IMG/VR virus record: IMGVR_UViG_3300021961_000054
Span: 1 to 64,000 of that record
DNA: 64,000 bases
Strand: one strand, 5' to 3'
Origin: a virus
Of this stretch, positions 21,401-31,879 are shown piece after piece. The position numbers and the translations under genes are program-made. The stretch's first letter is position 1; every line of letters starts with the position of its first letter. Below the pieces are notes generated by a model. The model had not been told where the DNA came from. It did not search any database and was given only the letters and a program-made list of their open reading frames with translations.

Positions 21401-24190
21401 GGAACAACACAAACAGGTCCCGTAATTCCAATAAGTGTAAATTATGCTAATACACCAACAACAAACGCAACAGTACAATATAGCTTAATTAATACTGGAG
21501 ATGCCGAAACTTATTTACAGTATCCAATAGATCTCGAGTATTTCCAAGTTATAACAGGGTTTACATATAACGAGTTTATAAATAACCCAAATACACAGTC
21601 CCCTTTTACTTCAGACAAGTTCCCAAACAAGTACTTAAACCATAGAACTTTATATTTTTATACTAATCCTAATGGAATCACTGATAGTGGTAGTATATCT
21701 CCAAATTCAGTATCATCACTAAATGGTAATAGTAGTTTAACATTTAAAGGTTTTGGTGTTGAGACATATTTAGATCCTAACGACAACCCAAACTCAACAA
21801 CCATAACAAATATGGTTGATTATGAAAACTTTGAAGTTATTATAATAACAAGAGGCGTTGACCCGCACTCACCAAAACAAAGAAATAGATATGATTTATC
21901 GGTTATTTTTGGAGAAACATCTGAAAATGGGTCAGTTGTTGTTGAAGGAGACTATTATTTAAATGTACCAATACAAGGTACTGGTGTTGGCCCAAAACCA
22001 AAAACACATAATACATCTAATAACTTAGGTAATAATAAACTATATTTCGAACCTTATAATTTTAGATTAGGAGAAACAAATGGTGGTATAAATGAGTTTT
22101 CACAATTTACATCTACACTACCATATTATTATTCAAATATTGACGAAGTAGACTATACACCATGGGTTAACGTACTTCCAACAACAAACCAGATAGGAGT
22201 TAATACTAATGGAACAATATCATCAACAAATAGAAATCTAGTTTTACCAAATACACCATTATTACCAACTAGTGGTGTATTTAATAATACACATACTGCA
22301 AACTATTATTACGCTGGAGGATCTTTTACTTCATCACAAATAAATAACGGAACAGCCGTTATGTACGCTAATTTAGGTAGTAGTGATGGTAAAAAAAGTG
22401 ATACCTGGAATTATGATTGGGCTAGCCCAACATTTAGGAGATATGCAGTATACTCTCCCGCATACTATAGATACCCATTTTATCAAAGTAACCCAGTACA
22501 ATTTAGTGTGGACCAATCAGTTGGTGGAGCGCAATATCTTGTAATGAGAAGTGATAGGATACCAACATCAACATCTGTCGAAGAAGGACAACCATTCCCA
22601 GGATCAGACTTAAATTACACAAGTTATGGTTTACACCAAAACAATAATTTCCAGGTATATTCTGTAGGTAACGCAGCCGCACCAATAAATACTTTTGCAC
22701 CAGATATAAACCAAGGACAGGGAGTTTATGATGAAACTGAGTTTGTACAATCATTAACATCAACACTAAGTTGTGAAAATATGGTTTCAGTACAATGTTA
22801 TGAGTCTAGTAATGGAACTGGGATAACAGTAAATCCAGATTGTGAAATAACTAGTGATATTGTTAAACAAGGTTGTTATTGTTTATTAAATGGAAAAGAG
22901 CTAGATAATCCATTTATTAAAAAACTATATTTAATAGATGGTTTATATGCTAGAGATGCTAGACTATTAGTTGAATGGAAAACAAGATTTTTATTAACCT
23001 TTGCGGCTTGTAGAGGAGTATTTGGACAAACATTTCAGAATAATTGGTTAAATGGTGCGTTATATATGTTTACATTTAATAAAACATCAAGATATAAAAT
23101 AGACCAACCAACTGAGCCAACATATAAGTATTGTAGAGACACAATTGTCTTTAATCAAATAACAAATAGTTTCTTTTATAGATCTTCACCATGGAATGGT
23201 AATAATTTTATTGGTGTTGAGTCACCTCCAAACCAAAACATACCACAAACACTTGTAAACAATTACCCAGGTTATGGGTATAATGAAAAAAGAATTCAGT
23301 TCCCAACAACAGTAATGGACCTTGGACCTAGAGAGAAGTTTATATCTGAAATATGTTCTAGTGATAAATTTAATGGATATTTAGTTGATCAAGTTAGAAG
23401 TACTTCGTATCAAGACAATTCAGATGTGCTCCAAATGGGCTTTATATCTAGAATATTAAACGTTGGATTCTGGAATCAATTATTACCTATTGGAAATCCT
23501 GGTGGTGGTTCAGCAGAAGGTAAAGGAATCATTCAGTTTTTTAATAGTAATAGAAAGGGAGATAGAATAGATGGTGATATTGCACAAGCGCTATCGATAA
23601 ATTCAGAATGGAGAGTTAAACCATACTTAAGCGAAAACTATAGAGATGTTGATTTATTTATTGGTGAAAGTACATCTCCAGCAAGACCATTATTTGGAAT
23701 ATTCTTCTCATCTCAAACCGAGGATTATATATATAGAAGAAAATTAAGTCCAGGTATTGAGTATTTTAGTTTAGATTGTGGGGGCGTTTACACTAATTTT
23801 GGATACACAACAGATCAAGTTGTACCACACTACAAATGGAAATTAGCACCTCAAAACGACCAAACTAACTTTATTTTTGGAACTGAAAATAATAATTGGG
23901 ATACAAACTATAGTAGTGGAGGGTTTTATACTAATGAGTATCAAAACTTAAATTTTGACAATATACAAGAGTATTTTACAACAGGTGCGGATTTAAATCC
24001 AGGATTTATAACAAACTTTGACATAGATGGCGACCCAGTCCCACAAAATAATAGCATACCACAAATAACACATGGATTACCGGGTGAAAGTATTTTAGTT
24101 GGTGCACCATTTTATTTTTATTTTGGATTAAACAATGGAAATACAGCAATAGATAAATTTATTAAATTTTATATAGAAACAACAAGCTAA
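18419..24190 (+). CDS. Very large (1923 aa) baseplate/tail-associated protein with an internal multi-helix hydrophobic segment
   Basis: Position in baseplate block; N-terminal beta-sandwich-like region (GLPNAKVSIF, TNDSGDYMIFGVP); ~125-aa hydrophobic stretch followed by CSTCDCNC. Confidence 0.6.
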   Translation: MPKSQRISTNIGVDKSLRVQLDQDFETLNILSLKILKSDIYSRQCSDYGVVVGRVSVNGGFGLPNAKVSIFIPLSEEDSNNEVIKQIYPYESLSDFDDNGYRYNLLSKNPSYDGHVVTGTFPDREEVLTDQTYIELYDKYYKFTTRTNDSGDYMIFGVPTGSQTVFMDVDLSDIGCFSLSPQDLIQSGQATESQVNGSKFKSSTNLSELPQIKTINKIIEVSPLWGEPEICELGITRTDFDLTAEANISINPTAVFMGSIISTTEDDALKTNCKPKNNTGNLCELVSGPGQILTIRQTIDIDNEGRPILEQFDLGNNGKVIDGDGSYLVNLPMNLDYIYTNEFGEQAISNDPKVGIPTKAKYRFKFKWENEGGLQNDFLRANYLVPNIKEYGWTSSSYSTDPLKTGLEQTIEFITPVGNTSTTVTFTQDGGLVFDETINTSSYSVTINGQPYFGDTQVISVLAGDVVEITPVFIDPSTPSTVNYTNYNQEYFELLKSYSFSLDWDDYVNQQEAINCEDTFYEFNYNKVYTTAMFIDRYKNGIGRGRHLGIKEIDNRSCKSDVNTFPVNDVIRNFDFLFFAFNLLLNILTPIFVVVLFVAHLIALMWPILKWILIALGLYFTVQAVFEVIDIASQIANIGNEIAGLFSFGIGAVFNLTNLLQAILLSLTLLALITKAIFIIGISLGFLTLAIFAALKVKGFPRIGLPMITYPDCSTCDCNCGEAELGDDFDSSSVESYANQQGSQNINLGGDLPSGIPVMTATQNSIFAPINKLNSYIVEHPNLDQPLNDDNEPLRCYGNFWFQGSGNDCFGGIGGLDRGAPEYQYRSFTNQSANQTLDGSVGVPAGLGFLRLAAGSESLDESNIQYGIPSKYLLHAPQPFLFATYRSGNNSDSLRYLAQPATEAYSQKLNEFNYRQKYFDVVNRIKVTFNEPDNNGLSHYDQPLVILARPGMLQTLGIGQLFTFQDPNLSNCNVNITGATFDGDTNQFGTNGVTGTTQTGPVIPISVNYANTPTTNATVQYSLINTGDAETYLQYPIDLEYFQVITGFTYNEFINNPNTQSPFTSDKFPNKYLNHRTLYFYTNPNGITDSGSISPNSVSSLNGNSSLTFKGFGVETYLDPNDNPNSTTITNMVDYENFEVIIITRGVDPHSPKQRNRYDLSVIFGETSENGSVVVEGDYYLNVPIQGTGVGPKPKTHNTSNNLGNNKLYFEPYNFRLGETNGGINEFSQFTSTLPYYYSNIDEVDYTPWVNVLPTTNQIGVNTNGTISSTNRNLVLPNTPLLPTSGVFNNTHTANYYYAGGSFTSSQINNGTAVMYANLGSSDGKKSDTWNYDWASPTFRRYAVYSPAYYRYPFYQSNPVQFSVDQSVGGAQYLVMRSDRIPTSTSVEEGQPFPGSDLNYTSYGLHQNNNFQVYSVGNAAAPINTFAPDINQGQGVYDETEFVQSLTSTLSCENMVSVQCYESSNGTGITVNPDCEITSDIVKQGCYCLLNGKELDNPFIKKLYLIDGLYARDARLLVEWKTRFLLTFAACRGVFGQTFQNNWLNGALYMFTFNKTSRYKIDQPTEPTYKYCRDTIVFNQITNSFFYRSSPWNGNNFIGVESPPNQNIPQTLVNNYPGYGYNEKRIQFPTTVMDLGPREKFISEICSSDKFNGYLVDQVRSTSYQDNSDVLQMGFISRILNVGFWNQLLPIGNPGGGSAEGKGIIQFFNSNRKGDRIDGDIAQALSINSEWRVKPYLSENYRDVDLFIGESTSPARPLFGIFFSSQTEDYIYRRKLSPGIEYFSLDCGGVYTNFGYTTDQVVPHYKWKLAPQNDQTNFIFGTENNNWDTNYSSGGFYTNEYQNLNFDNIQEYFTTGADLNPGFITNFDIDGDPVPQNNSIPQITHGLPGESILVGAPFYFYFGLNNGNTAIDKFIKFYIETTS

Positions 24191-24191
24191 T

Positions 24192-25958
24192 ATGGTAGTT
24201 AATGAGGATAGTAAAATAGTGTTGGGTAAAAAAAGATTTCAGAACTCATTTAATGTTACTGAATCTGAAAAGGTAACACTTTCACAAACTGCAAAAGAAT
24301 TTGTGGAGTACGATAGAGCTATTGACGTTAGTTTACCACAGATTTTTGATGATGAAAGACAACAATCTACAGTTTTTAGGCCAACAACAAAATACTCATT
24401 CATATTTAAAAACCAATATTCTGGATCAACTAATTACCAACCATACATTGATTATTTATATTACGTAAATTTAGATTCTATTGCTATACAAACAGCATGT
24501 AATCAAAATACAAATAATACTTGGTATGGTTATCCACAATATACTGAATTTGACCTTATAAGAAATGATAATGATAAGATTGGATACACAACAGGTGGAT
24601 TAGGTAATGAACACCAACAATTTTTAAACAAAAGCGCTACAACGTATAATTGGACTCACTATGCTAGTTACGCATATAGCAATAATCCAAACAAACAATT
24701 AACCGCAAATGACACACAAACATTAACAACGTGGAACTGGACCGCCGGCGATGGTATCCCATTTATTATTACCTCAAACGCAGATAGCAATATTGAATTT
24801 AGATGTCCAATGAAGCATGGATTAAAAGAAGGCGAACACGTTGAGTTATCAATAGATTATAATGGTGAAAATATTTTTACAATAGAATTTTTAGGAAATG
24901 GTGGTGATGGTAGTGAGTATTATTATTTTAATATATATAATATTGGTTACTTAGGAAATACATTTGATGTTGGAACTATTGGTACATTTAAAAGAGTTTT
25001 AGATGTTGATAATTTAACCGAGACAACATCAAAATACTATGTTAGACAACACAAAATATTAACAAATGTTGAGGATTGTGTTTTAACAAGAACTGCTTTT
25101 GATAATAATATTTTTAGTTTAAAGACACAATACGAAAAACCAATTTATGGTGGAACCCCACTAGCCCTAGTTACCCCAACAACACTTCCTAGAACATCAA
25201 TTCTTGAAGGTAGTCAAAACTATACATTGTCCTTTAATAAGGATATTGACTTATCTACTTTAATTGATAATCAAAAAAGACCAGTAACAGAGTTATTTTT
25301 TACAACAATATGGAAAGGGTATTGGGGATGGACAAACAAACTAAAACAAGGCCATGAGTTTAATACACCACTATTCTTCCAAATACCAAGTACTTGGTGG
25401 GATCAGAATAACCCACAATCAAATACAAATATACTAACACAACAATACTCATCAAATCAGTTACCAGCAGAAGGACCATTTACATATATGTCAAATTTAA
25501 ACGAAGGTGATATTATTGATGGTGATTATTGTGAGTGGAATGATTTTGAACAAAGTGAAAGAGTAATATCAAGGTATGTTAATAAAATAACATTTAATCA
25601 AAACTATTTTGTTCAAAATTTAGGAGCGCTACCAGATAATACATTTGGATATTATTATTATCCACACAACCCAATAACAATACAAGTTTATTCTAGTTAT
25701 ATAGAAGAATCAGATTCTAGTATTGATTTAGAGGGTATGCCAGACTATGCGTTTTACTCAAATGCCTCAAATAGTTTTAGATGGAGAGATATATACCCTT
25801 TTGGTTTTATAGATAATGATGGATTAGGTGTTGATTATCCATTTACAAATGGTAAACATTATCCATATACTAATACAATTTTTAGAGTATTTCCAGAAGG
25901 AATTGGACTACCAAATATAAACGAAATTGCAGACCCAACAATAGATGAGTGTGAATAA
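24192..25958 (+). CDS. Putative virion structural protein (588 aa)
   Basis: Tightly coupled in the structural operon; N/T/Y-rich composition. Confidence 0.6.
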   Translation: MVVNEDSKIVLGKKRFQNSFNVTESEKVTLSQTAKEFVEYDRAIDVSLPQIFDDERQQSTVFRPTTKYSFIFKNQYSGSTNYQPYIDYLYYVNLDSIAIQTACNQNTNNTWYGYPQYTEFDLIRNDNDKIGYTTGGLGNEHQQFLNKSATTYNWTHYASYAYSNNPNKQLTANDTQTLTTWNWTAGDGIPFIITSNADSNIEFRCPMKHGLKEGEHVELSIDYNGENIFTIEFLGNGGDGSEYYYFNIYNIGYLGNTFDVGTIGTFKRVLDVDNLTETTSKYYVRQHKILTNVEDCVLTRTAFDNNIFSLKTQYEKPIYGGTPLALVTPTTLPRTSILEGSQNYTLSFNKDIDLSTLIDNQKRPVTELFFTTIWKGYWGWTNKLKQGHEFNTPLFFQIPSTWWDQNNPQSNTNILTQQYSSNQLPAEGPFTYMSNLNEGDIIDGDYCEWNDFEQSERVISRYVNKITFNQNYFVQNLGALPDNTFGYYYYPHNPITIQVYSSYIEESDSSIDLEGMPDYAFYSNASNSFRWRDIYPFGFIDNDGLGVDYPFTNGKHYPYTNTIFRVFPEGIGLPNINEIADPTIDECE

Positions 25959-26757
25959 GTATAAAATAACATTACCAAGTATTAATAAACAATTGGACAT
26001 CCCAATTGAGATTAAATGGGATTTTACAGAACGAGATCAAGCAATTGATTCATACCAAGGTACTATAGTTGAGGATGTTATTGGTAAACCAATTGATTTT
26101 GAATTATCTAGATTCCCACATAAAGAGTACTATTCAGACTCTTTAAATCAACTTATAACCAAAATAAATTACGAATTTTACTTTTTTAATACTGGGCAGA
26201 CAATATCCAATCAAGCATCCTGGGTGAATACTTATACAGTATTAGGCTTCTCAAATAAAGATATTTATTCATATATAAAACCATTCACCAAATCTTTCTT
26301 TAAGTTAGATTTTTATGATACTAAAAATGAACTATCACAAAAAAATTATTTTACAATAATACTACCAGTACAACAGGGATATTTTGAAACTGTGGATATT
26401 AGTAATTACTTAACAAACGTAGAAATACGAAAACCTAAATTTGGTTTAGATTATGTTGGTGATAAAGAAGGATTTTTTATTTATTGGTTAAGAAAAAAAG
26501 ACTATATAGATCTTAGTGAATTTTATATGAGTGCTAAGTTTTTTAATGCAAGAACTGGACAGTTTATCACAATGATGAATAAATCACAAGCAACACTTGG
26601 AGGTAATTATAATACATTTAATGGTGAGGATTATCTATATTATAAAGTTAATATAGATTATAATGATATATCATATATTGTTAGTGATACACAAAATATG
26701 ACTAGAGTTGGTGACGACATAAACCCAATACAATGGTATCAATACGTTAATCCATAA
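25945..26757 (+). CDS. Putative virion structural protein (270 aa)
   Basis: Overlaps both neighbours in the structural operon. Confidence 0.6.
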   Translation: MSVNKYKITLPSINKQLDIPIEIKWDFTERDQAIDSYQGTIVEDVIGKPIDFELSRFPHKEYYSDSLNQLITKINYEFYFFNTGQTISNQASWVNTYTVLGFSNKDIYSYIKPFTKSFFKLDFYDTKNELSQKNYFTIILPVQQGYFETVDISNYLTNVEIRKPKFGLDYVGDKEGFFIYWLRKKDYIDLSEFYMSAKFFNARTGQFITMMNKSQATLGGNYNTFNGEDYLYYKVNIDYNDISYIVSDTQNMTRVGDDINPIQWYQYVNP

Positions 26758-27929
26758 TGCAAGAACAAAGATATTATTTTAGGATTTCACCAGAAAATAT
26801 AAAAGGAGATATTATTAATGTACCATATACTGGAGAAACAGATATTTCGGTTTTAATTGATCCATGTTGTCCAATAACTGCAACAACTATAAATACGTTA
26901 ACAGGTACAACTGGTGTTTATGTACCAATGCCATCAATATTAAGTGGAGGGACACATGGTGAATCATTATTAACTTGTCTTACATTACCATTATTATTTA
27001 CCGAAAACACAAATGATTTGGGGTATTATACGCCATTTGATGGTGCAATTTATCAAAAAGATTTGGTAAATAACTTTGTGACATCAGCGACAACCTCATC
27101 ACCATACGAGGTTATTTTTTATAACACATCACAAACTAATTTTAAGAAATTTTTATCAATAAATACCTTTGTTGTTGATTGGGGAGACAATTCACCAGAA
27201 ACGACAATAACAAGTTATACTCCAGTAACACATACCTATCCAATTGCAAACACAAATTACACAATAACTATGAAAAGTTATTCACCATGGGGTGTGTCAA
27301 CAGTAAAAAAGGAAGTGATTGTACCATTTACTGGAACAACAATACCAAACCCAAATGGAACTGCATATTTTACTTCAGCGGGTTGTTATTGGAGTGGTAC
27401 GCCAATAAGTTATGACTACTTATTTACTGGTGATTCAAATACAAATATTTCAGATTATAATTCAAGCGGATATACAACAACACCATTCCTTATAACTGGA
27501 TATACTAAAAGCTCATTAAGTGATTTAGCACAATATGGACCAAAATATAATTTATTTGGCGGGAAATACAAATTAAATGTACCAGTGACTGGAACATCAG
27601 GTGATTATGGAATTGTATATGGTCCAGATCCATCTAATACATATACCGCATATACAATAAATGATATTTTGTATTGGGATATAAACGATGGTACTACAAT
27701 ATATTTTTTAACATCAGATGGTATTGTTGATAGTAATTACACATTATCCGCATTAACCAAAAATGAGGCATTACTAAACGTTATTGACGAACCACAAATA
27801 CAGTCAAATCTTTTTGTTGAGAGAGGTAAGATTTCTGGTTTAGAGGCAATACAAAGACTAGGAGAAGTCGATAATTTAGGAGATATTACTAAATATGGTT
27901 ATGGATACTTTAATGTCAAAAAATATTAA
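26757..27929 (+). CDS. Putative virion protein with PKD-like domain
   Basis: VVDWGDNS..VTHTY..YTITM is the PKD signature. Confidence 0.6.
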   Translation: MQEQRYYFRISPENIKGDIINVPYTGETDISVLIDPCCPITATTINTLTGTTGVYVPMPSILSGGTHGESLLTCLTLPLLFTENTNDLGYYTPFDGAIYQKDLVNNFVTSATTSSPYEVIFYNTSQTNFKKFLSINTFVVDWGDNSPETTITSYTPVTHTYPIANTNYTITMKSYSPWGVSTVKKEVIVPFTGTTIPNPNGTAYFTSAGCYWSGTPISYDYLFTGDSNTNISDYNSSGYTTTPFLITGYTKSSLSDLAQYGPKYNLFGGKYKLNVPVTGTSGDYGIVYGPDPSNTYTAYTINDILYWDINDGTTIYFLTSDGIVDSNYTLSALTKNEALLNVIDEPQIQSNLFVERGKISGLEAIQRLGEVDNLGDITKYGYGYFNVKKY

Positions 27930-27974
27930 ATATACTATTTATAAAAATAGATAAACTTAAATAATTAACTAGAC

Positions 27975-28883
27975 GTGGCAACAGGAACTTATGGAACTAT
28001 TAGACCAGCAGATGTTAGCCCAGATGATGTTGAAATCATATTAAATTACACACCATCTAGGGATGACACACAAAATTTTTTATTAACAAAACTAAACTCA
28101 AAAGAAGTTTTGAAACCATATTTTCATAATTCTAATACTGGTGGAAATGCTAATGTTGAAATTTTAGGTGGTCTATACAATTTAAAACTACCAGCTGATG
28201 TTTTTAATAGATTGGGAATATACACCCTATACATTAGACCAGCTGAAATTAGAACTAAAATAACTGATTGTGGCGTTTTATCAGCACTCCCAAATGTAAA
28301 TGGGATTGTGATTGATATAAATGGAGTACCACCACAATTTAGAAATAAATTTGTAAATCAAGGACTAATTGGTTTTAGAGTTGAGTACTTAAATGATAAT
28401 GGAACTAAAATACCTAATTTCTTTAGGTTAATAACATCTTCTTTTTATTGTGAACCAGTATATCAAAACCTAACAAATACGTCACAAAAAGTTATTAGAT
28501 ACCGGTATGTTGAAAATGCAACAAATCTAATATTTTGTACACTATCACCATCAACATCGCCAACCAACAAACCAAGTGCGATACCATTCATTGGACAACC
28601 AAACCAAAATATAATAATAACAAATACATTCTTTAATCCAATAACAACAGAGGTTGAGATTGTTGAACATGACGTATCAACATTAGCAATTGCTCTATAT
28701 GGTAATCAAACCAAATCAATGGATGATGGGATTTACACAATTTACGATAACCAAAATAATATATATAAACAATACAATCTATTTGAAATTCGAGATCAAT
28801 TTAACAATCTATTATACGAAGTTAGACAAGATCGAGGAACAAATATTGATTTTAGTAAAGCATTTAATAACATAGTCGGATAA
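27975..28883 (+). CDS. Putative virion structural protein (302 aa, GTG start)
   Basis: ORF after TATTTAT at 27936; TAATG coupling to next gene. Confidence 0.6.
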   Translation: MATGTYGTIRPADVSPDDVEIILNYTPSRDDTQNFLLTKLNSKEVLKPYFHNSNTGGNANVEILGGLYNLKLPADVFNRLGIYTLYIRPAEIRTKITDCGVLSALPNVNGIVIDINGVPPQFRNKFVNQGLIGFRVEYLNDNGTKIPNFFRLITSSFYCEPVYQNLTNTSQKVIRYRYVENATNLIFCTLSPSTSPTNKPSAIPFIGQPNQNIIITNTFFNPITTEVEIVEHDVSTLAIALYGNQTKSMDDGIYTIYDNQNNIYKQYNLFEIRDQFNNLLYEVRQDRGTNIDFSKAFNNIVG

Positions 28884-31879
28884 TGGCAAATAAATTTACT
28901 TGTCCACCACAAGCCTCAGGTCAGGGGTCGTTTTCAGACAATCTAGTTGGATTCCAACTAGTTGATGGAGGGGGTTTTACACAAGGTAATTTTGAATTTA
29001 CAACAGCTATTAGCGAAAAGCAGGATAGAAATTTTATTATTGGAACATTTTCAGACCCAATATCATTGGATAGTATGAATGTTACCAACATTGAGGAGTC
29101 TAGATTTCTAGTTGCAAAAAATTTCCAAATATACCCAAATTATGATTTAACAAATGTTACAAACTTTACACAATATGGGTCATTATCACTTAGGTTTTCA
29201 AACTCAATAACTAGAATTATAAATTATTTTCCTGCGGCATTAGACGTACAAAAAATTAGATCTAATTTTAGTGTTGGTAATACAGCCGAAAATATAACCT
29301 ATGACCCAATAGATAATGAGACAAAAATTGATATACCATTATTATCTATAAAAAACCCATTAGGGATTGATTATTCAGCAAACGCGGAAAATAATGTAAA
29401 TGCCTTAGAAATCACAGTATCAAATCTAAGGAATTTTAAAAATAATTTCCAAAAGTATGCGGTATATATTGACGAAGAACCATTTTCAATAAATGACATT
29501 GTACCAACAACATTAGATAGTACTCATTTAAGATTATACATCAATGGTAATCCATTCCCAAACCAAACAACATCAGAAAAGAATTTCCTAATAAGACCAA
29601 ATGATATGTATGTCAACAAAGTCTTTAATGATAATTTTGATGGTGTTGAAAATTTCTTATTAAATAGAAATATTACACCAAAATACATGGCATATTTTAA
29701 TGTCCCTAAATTACAAGAAGATGGTAATTATATTTTTACTTACGACTCTGCGGCATTTCCATTAGATGGTAATTGGAATTTAGATATTAGAACAAATGCT
29801 TTTAATCAATACCTAGATAAATTAAATAATTTTGCAATTAATTTTGATGAATATAAAACAAACTTAATATCTAGATTTTTAACAACCGCATCATTAAAAG
29901 AATTCGATACCGCGGATAAAAAAGTTGAGAAGATGTTACAGATATATGGTAGAAGTTTTGACAACACCAAAACTTTTATTGATGCACTTAGCATGATGAA
30001 TTCTGTAAATTATAATGTTAAAAACGATATACCATCTCAGTTACTAACCAATTTAGCACAAACACTAGGTTGGAAAACAAATATATCGCCAATAACAGAA
30101 GATGAATTACTTAATTCTTTATTTAAATCAGAAGATAATACATTTACTGGCGTCTCACAAGGTAAAACACCAGATGAATTAAATTACCAGTACTATAGAA
30201 ATCTAATTTTAAATTCAGCATTTCTATTTAAATCTAAAGGTACTAGAAAATCAATTGAAATTTTATTAAGACTTATTGGCGCTCCAGATTTTTTAGTTGA
30301 TTTTAATGAATATATCTACATAGCAGACCAAAAAATTAATATATCAGAGTTTAACACAAAATACGCCCAAATATCGGGAGGAACCTACGTTAGTCAAACA
30401 CCAGTGTTAGACCCAACAGATACCTTCTCAATTATGGGAGTGCAATATACTGGAACCACGTATCAAACAACAACAACAGATATTAGTGTGACCAACATAG
30501 ACTACCCAATTGATAGCTTTGGATGTCCTAGTATGCCAGTTGAGAGTGAATCATATTTCTTCCAAATAGGTGGGGGTTGGTTTGAATCAACACCACAACA
30601 TAGAATGCCAGAACAAGTTGATTTAACAACAAGTGTTTTTACTGGATCAAATCCAAATTATCAAACAACGTTAAAACCATTCAATTATGGTGATGAATAT
30701 CTAGAAAGATATAGAAATTTCCCATTTATGGATATGGGCTTTAGATTGAGAAGGGTTATTGATAACAAAAAAAGCTGGACTGATAAAGAAATTAATTTAA
30801 GAAATTCATCAGATGGGAACTTTAATGCGTATTATAATATTGGAGAAGAGTGTTTAGCAATTAACGTTAAAAATGTTGATATTATGCTAAACCCAAGTTT
30901 CGGTCTATTATATGATGTTTATACAATGTCAAGAACGTACAACTACCCAATACCAAATGAAGGGCTTCAATACGTCAAACCAACATACTGTAATCCAGAC
31001 CCTATTAATAATTACCCAAGAAGGGGTGGTATTGATTGGACTGAAATAATACCAAAACCAAAAGAAAAAACCTTCTTTGAGTTTGCACAGACTTTTTGGA
31101 GAAATATGATAAATGTTAGAAATAGACAATTTATCACAGACGGAAAAACTGGAGGATACCCAACATTACAATCAATTTATTGGAAATATTTAGAATCAGA
31201 TCAAGCGATTAATATACCAAATGATAATTTTACATATCGTACTATGATTGATTATGTAAATAAATTAGGCGACTATTGGGTTAGATTAATTGAACAAATG
31301 GTTCCAGCAACAACGATATGGAACACTGGTGTTAGGTTAGAAAACTCAATATTTCATAGACAAAAATTTGTATGGAGAAGACAATTTGGTTGTAAGATTA
31401 TACCAATACCTTGCAAACCTTGTGAATTAACAACACAATTATTTGCTTACGATTGTACATTACAAGAAATTACACATTGGTTATACCCATGGAATTATAA
31501 TCCAAATATCGTATCATTTGGTACTATATTAACTGAAACATTAAACACGTATTTAAGTAATCTTGGAATTACATTAAATCAATGTATTTTAAATACCCTA
31601 AACTCACAATGGTATGTTGAAATTAAATTAAATGGAAATATTATAGCTCTTGAACAATTTGCGGAAACAAATGGATATGTACAGACACCAACAAATCAAG
31701 AGTGGGTTGATGGTGTAGCTAACGCCCTACAAACATTAGAAACTAGTGGTATTTATTATGCAATTGACTTAGATAACGAAACAATTATTATATATAATAA
31801 TAACTGTGTACCATACCAATATGACGATGAATTTGAAATCAACGTTGGGATAAACTTTAATATATTATGTAATCAATAA
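28883..31879 (+). CDS. Baseplate wedge/tail protein with P2 gpI / T4 gp7-like domain
   Basis: IPSQLLTNLAQTLGW...YYRNLILNSAFLFKSKGTRKSIEILLRLIG matches the gpI-like LAxxLG..KGT pattern. Confidence 0.7.
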   Translation: MANKFTCPPQASGQGSFSDNLVGFQLVDGGGFTQGNFEFTTAISEKQDRNFIIGTFSDPISLDSMNVTNIEESRFLVAKNFQIYPNYDLTNVTNFTQYGSLSLRFSNSITRIINYFPAALDVQKIRSNFSVGNTAENITYDPIDNETKIDIPLLSIKNPLGIDYSANAENNVNALEITVSNLRNFKNNFQKYAVYIDEEPFSINDIVPTTLDSTHLRLYINGNPFPNQTTSEKNFLIRPNDMYVNKVFNDNFDGVENFLLNRNITPKYMAYFNVPKLQEDGNYIFTYDSAAFPLDGNWNLDIRTNAFNQYLDKLNNFAINFDEYKTNLISRFLTTASLKEFDTADKKVEKMLQIYGRSFDNTKTFIDALSMMNSVNYNVKNDIPSQLLTNLAQTLGWKTNISPITEDELLNSLFKSEDNTFTGVSQGKTPDELNYQYYRNLILNSAFLFKSKGTRKSIEILLRLIGAPDFLVDFNEYIYIADQKINISEFNTKYAQISGGTYVSQTPVLDPTDTFSIMGVQYTGTTYQTTTTDISVTNIDYPIDSFGCPSMPVESESYFFQIGGGWFESTPQHRMPEQVDLTTSVFTGSNPNYQTTLKPFNYGDEYLERYRNFPFMDMGFRLRRVIDNKKSWTDKEINLRNSSDGNFNAYYNIGEECLAINVKNVDIMLNPSFGLLYDVYTMSRTYNYPIPNEGLQYVKPTYCNPDPINNYPRRGGIDWTEIIPKPKEKTFFEFAQTFWRNMINVRNRQFITDGKTGGYPTLQSIYWKYLESDQAINIPNDNFTYRTMIDYVNKLGDYWVRLIEQMVPATTIWNTGVRLENSIFHRQKFVWRRQFGCKIIPIPCKPCELTTQLFAYDCTLQEITHWLYPWNYNPNIVSFGTILTETLNTYLSNLGITLNQCILNTLNSQWYVEIKLNGNIIALEQFAETNGYVQTPTNQEWVDGVANALQTLETSGIYYAIDLDNETIIIYNNNCVPYQYDDEFEINVGINFNILCNQ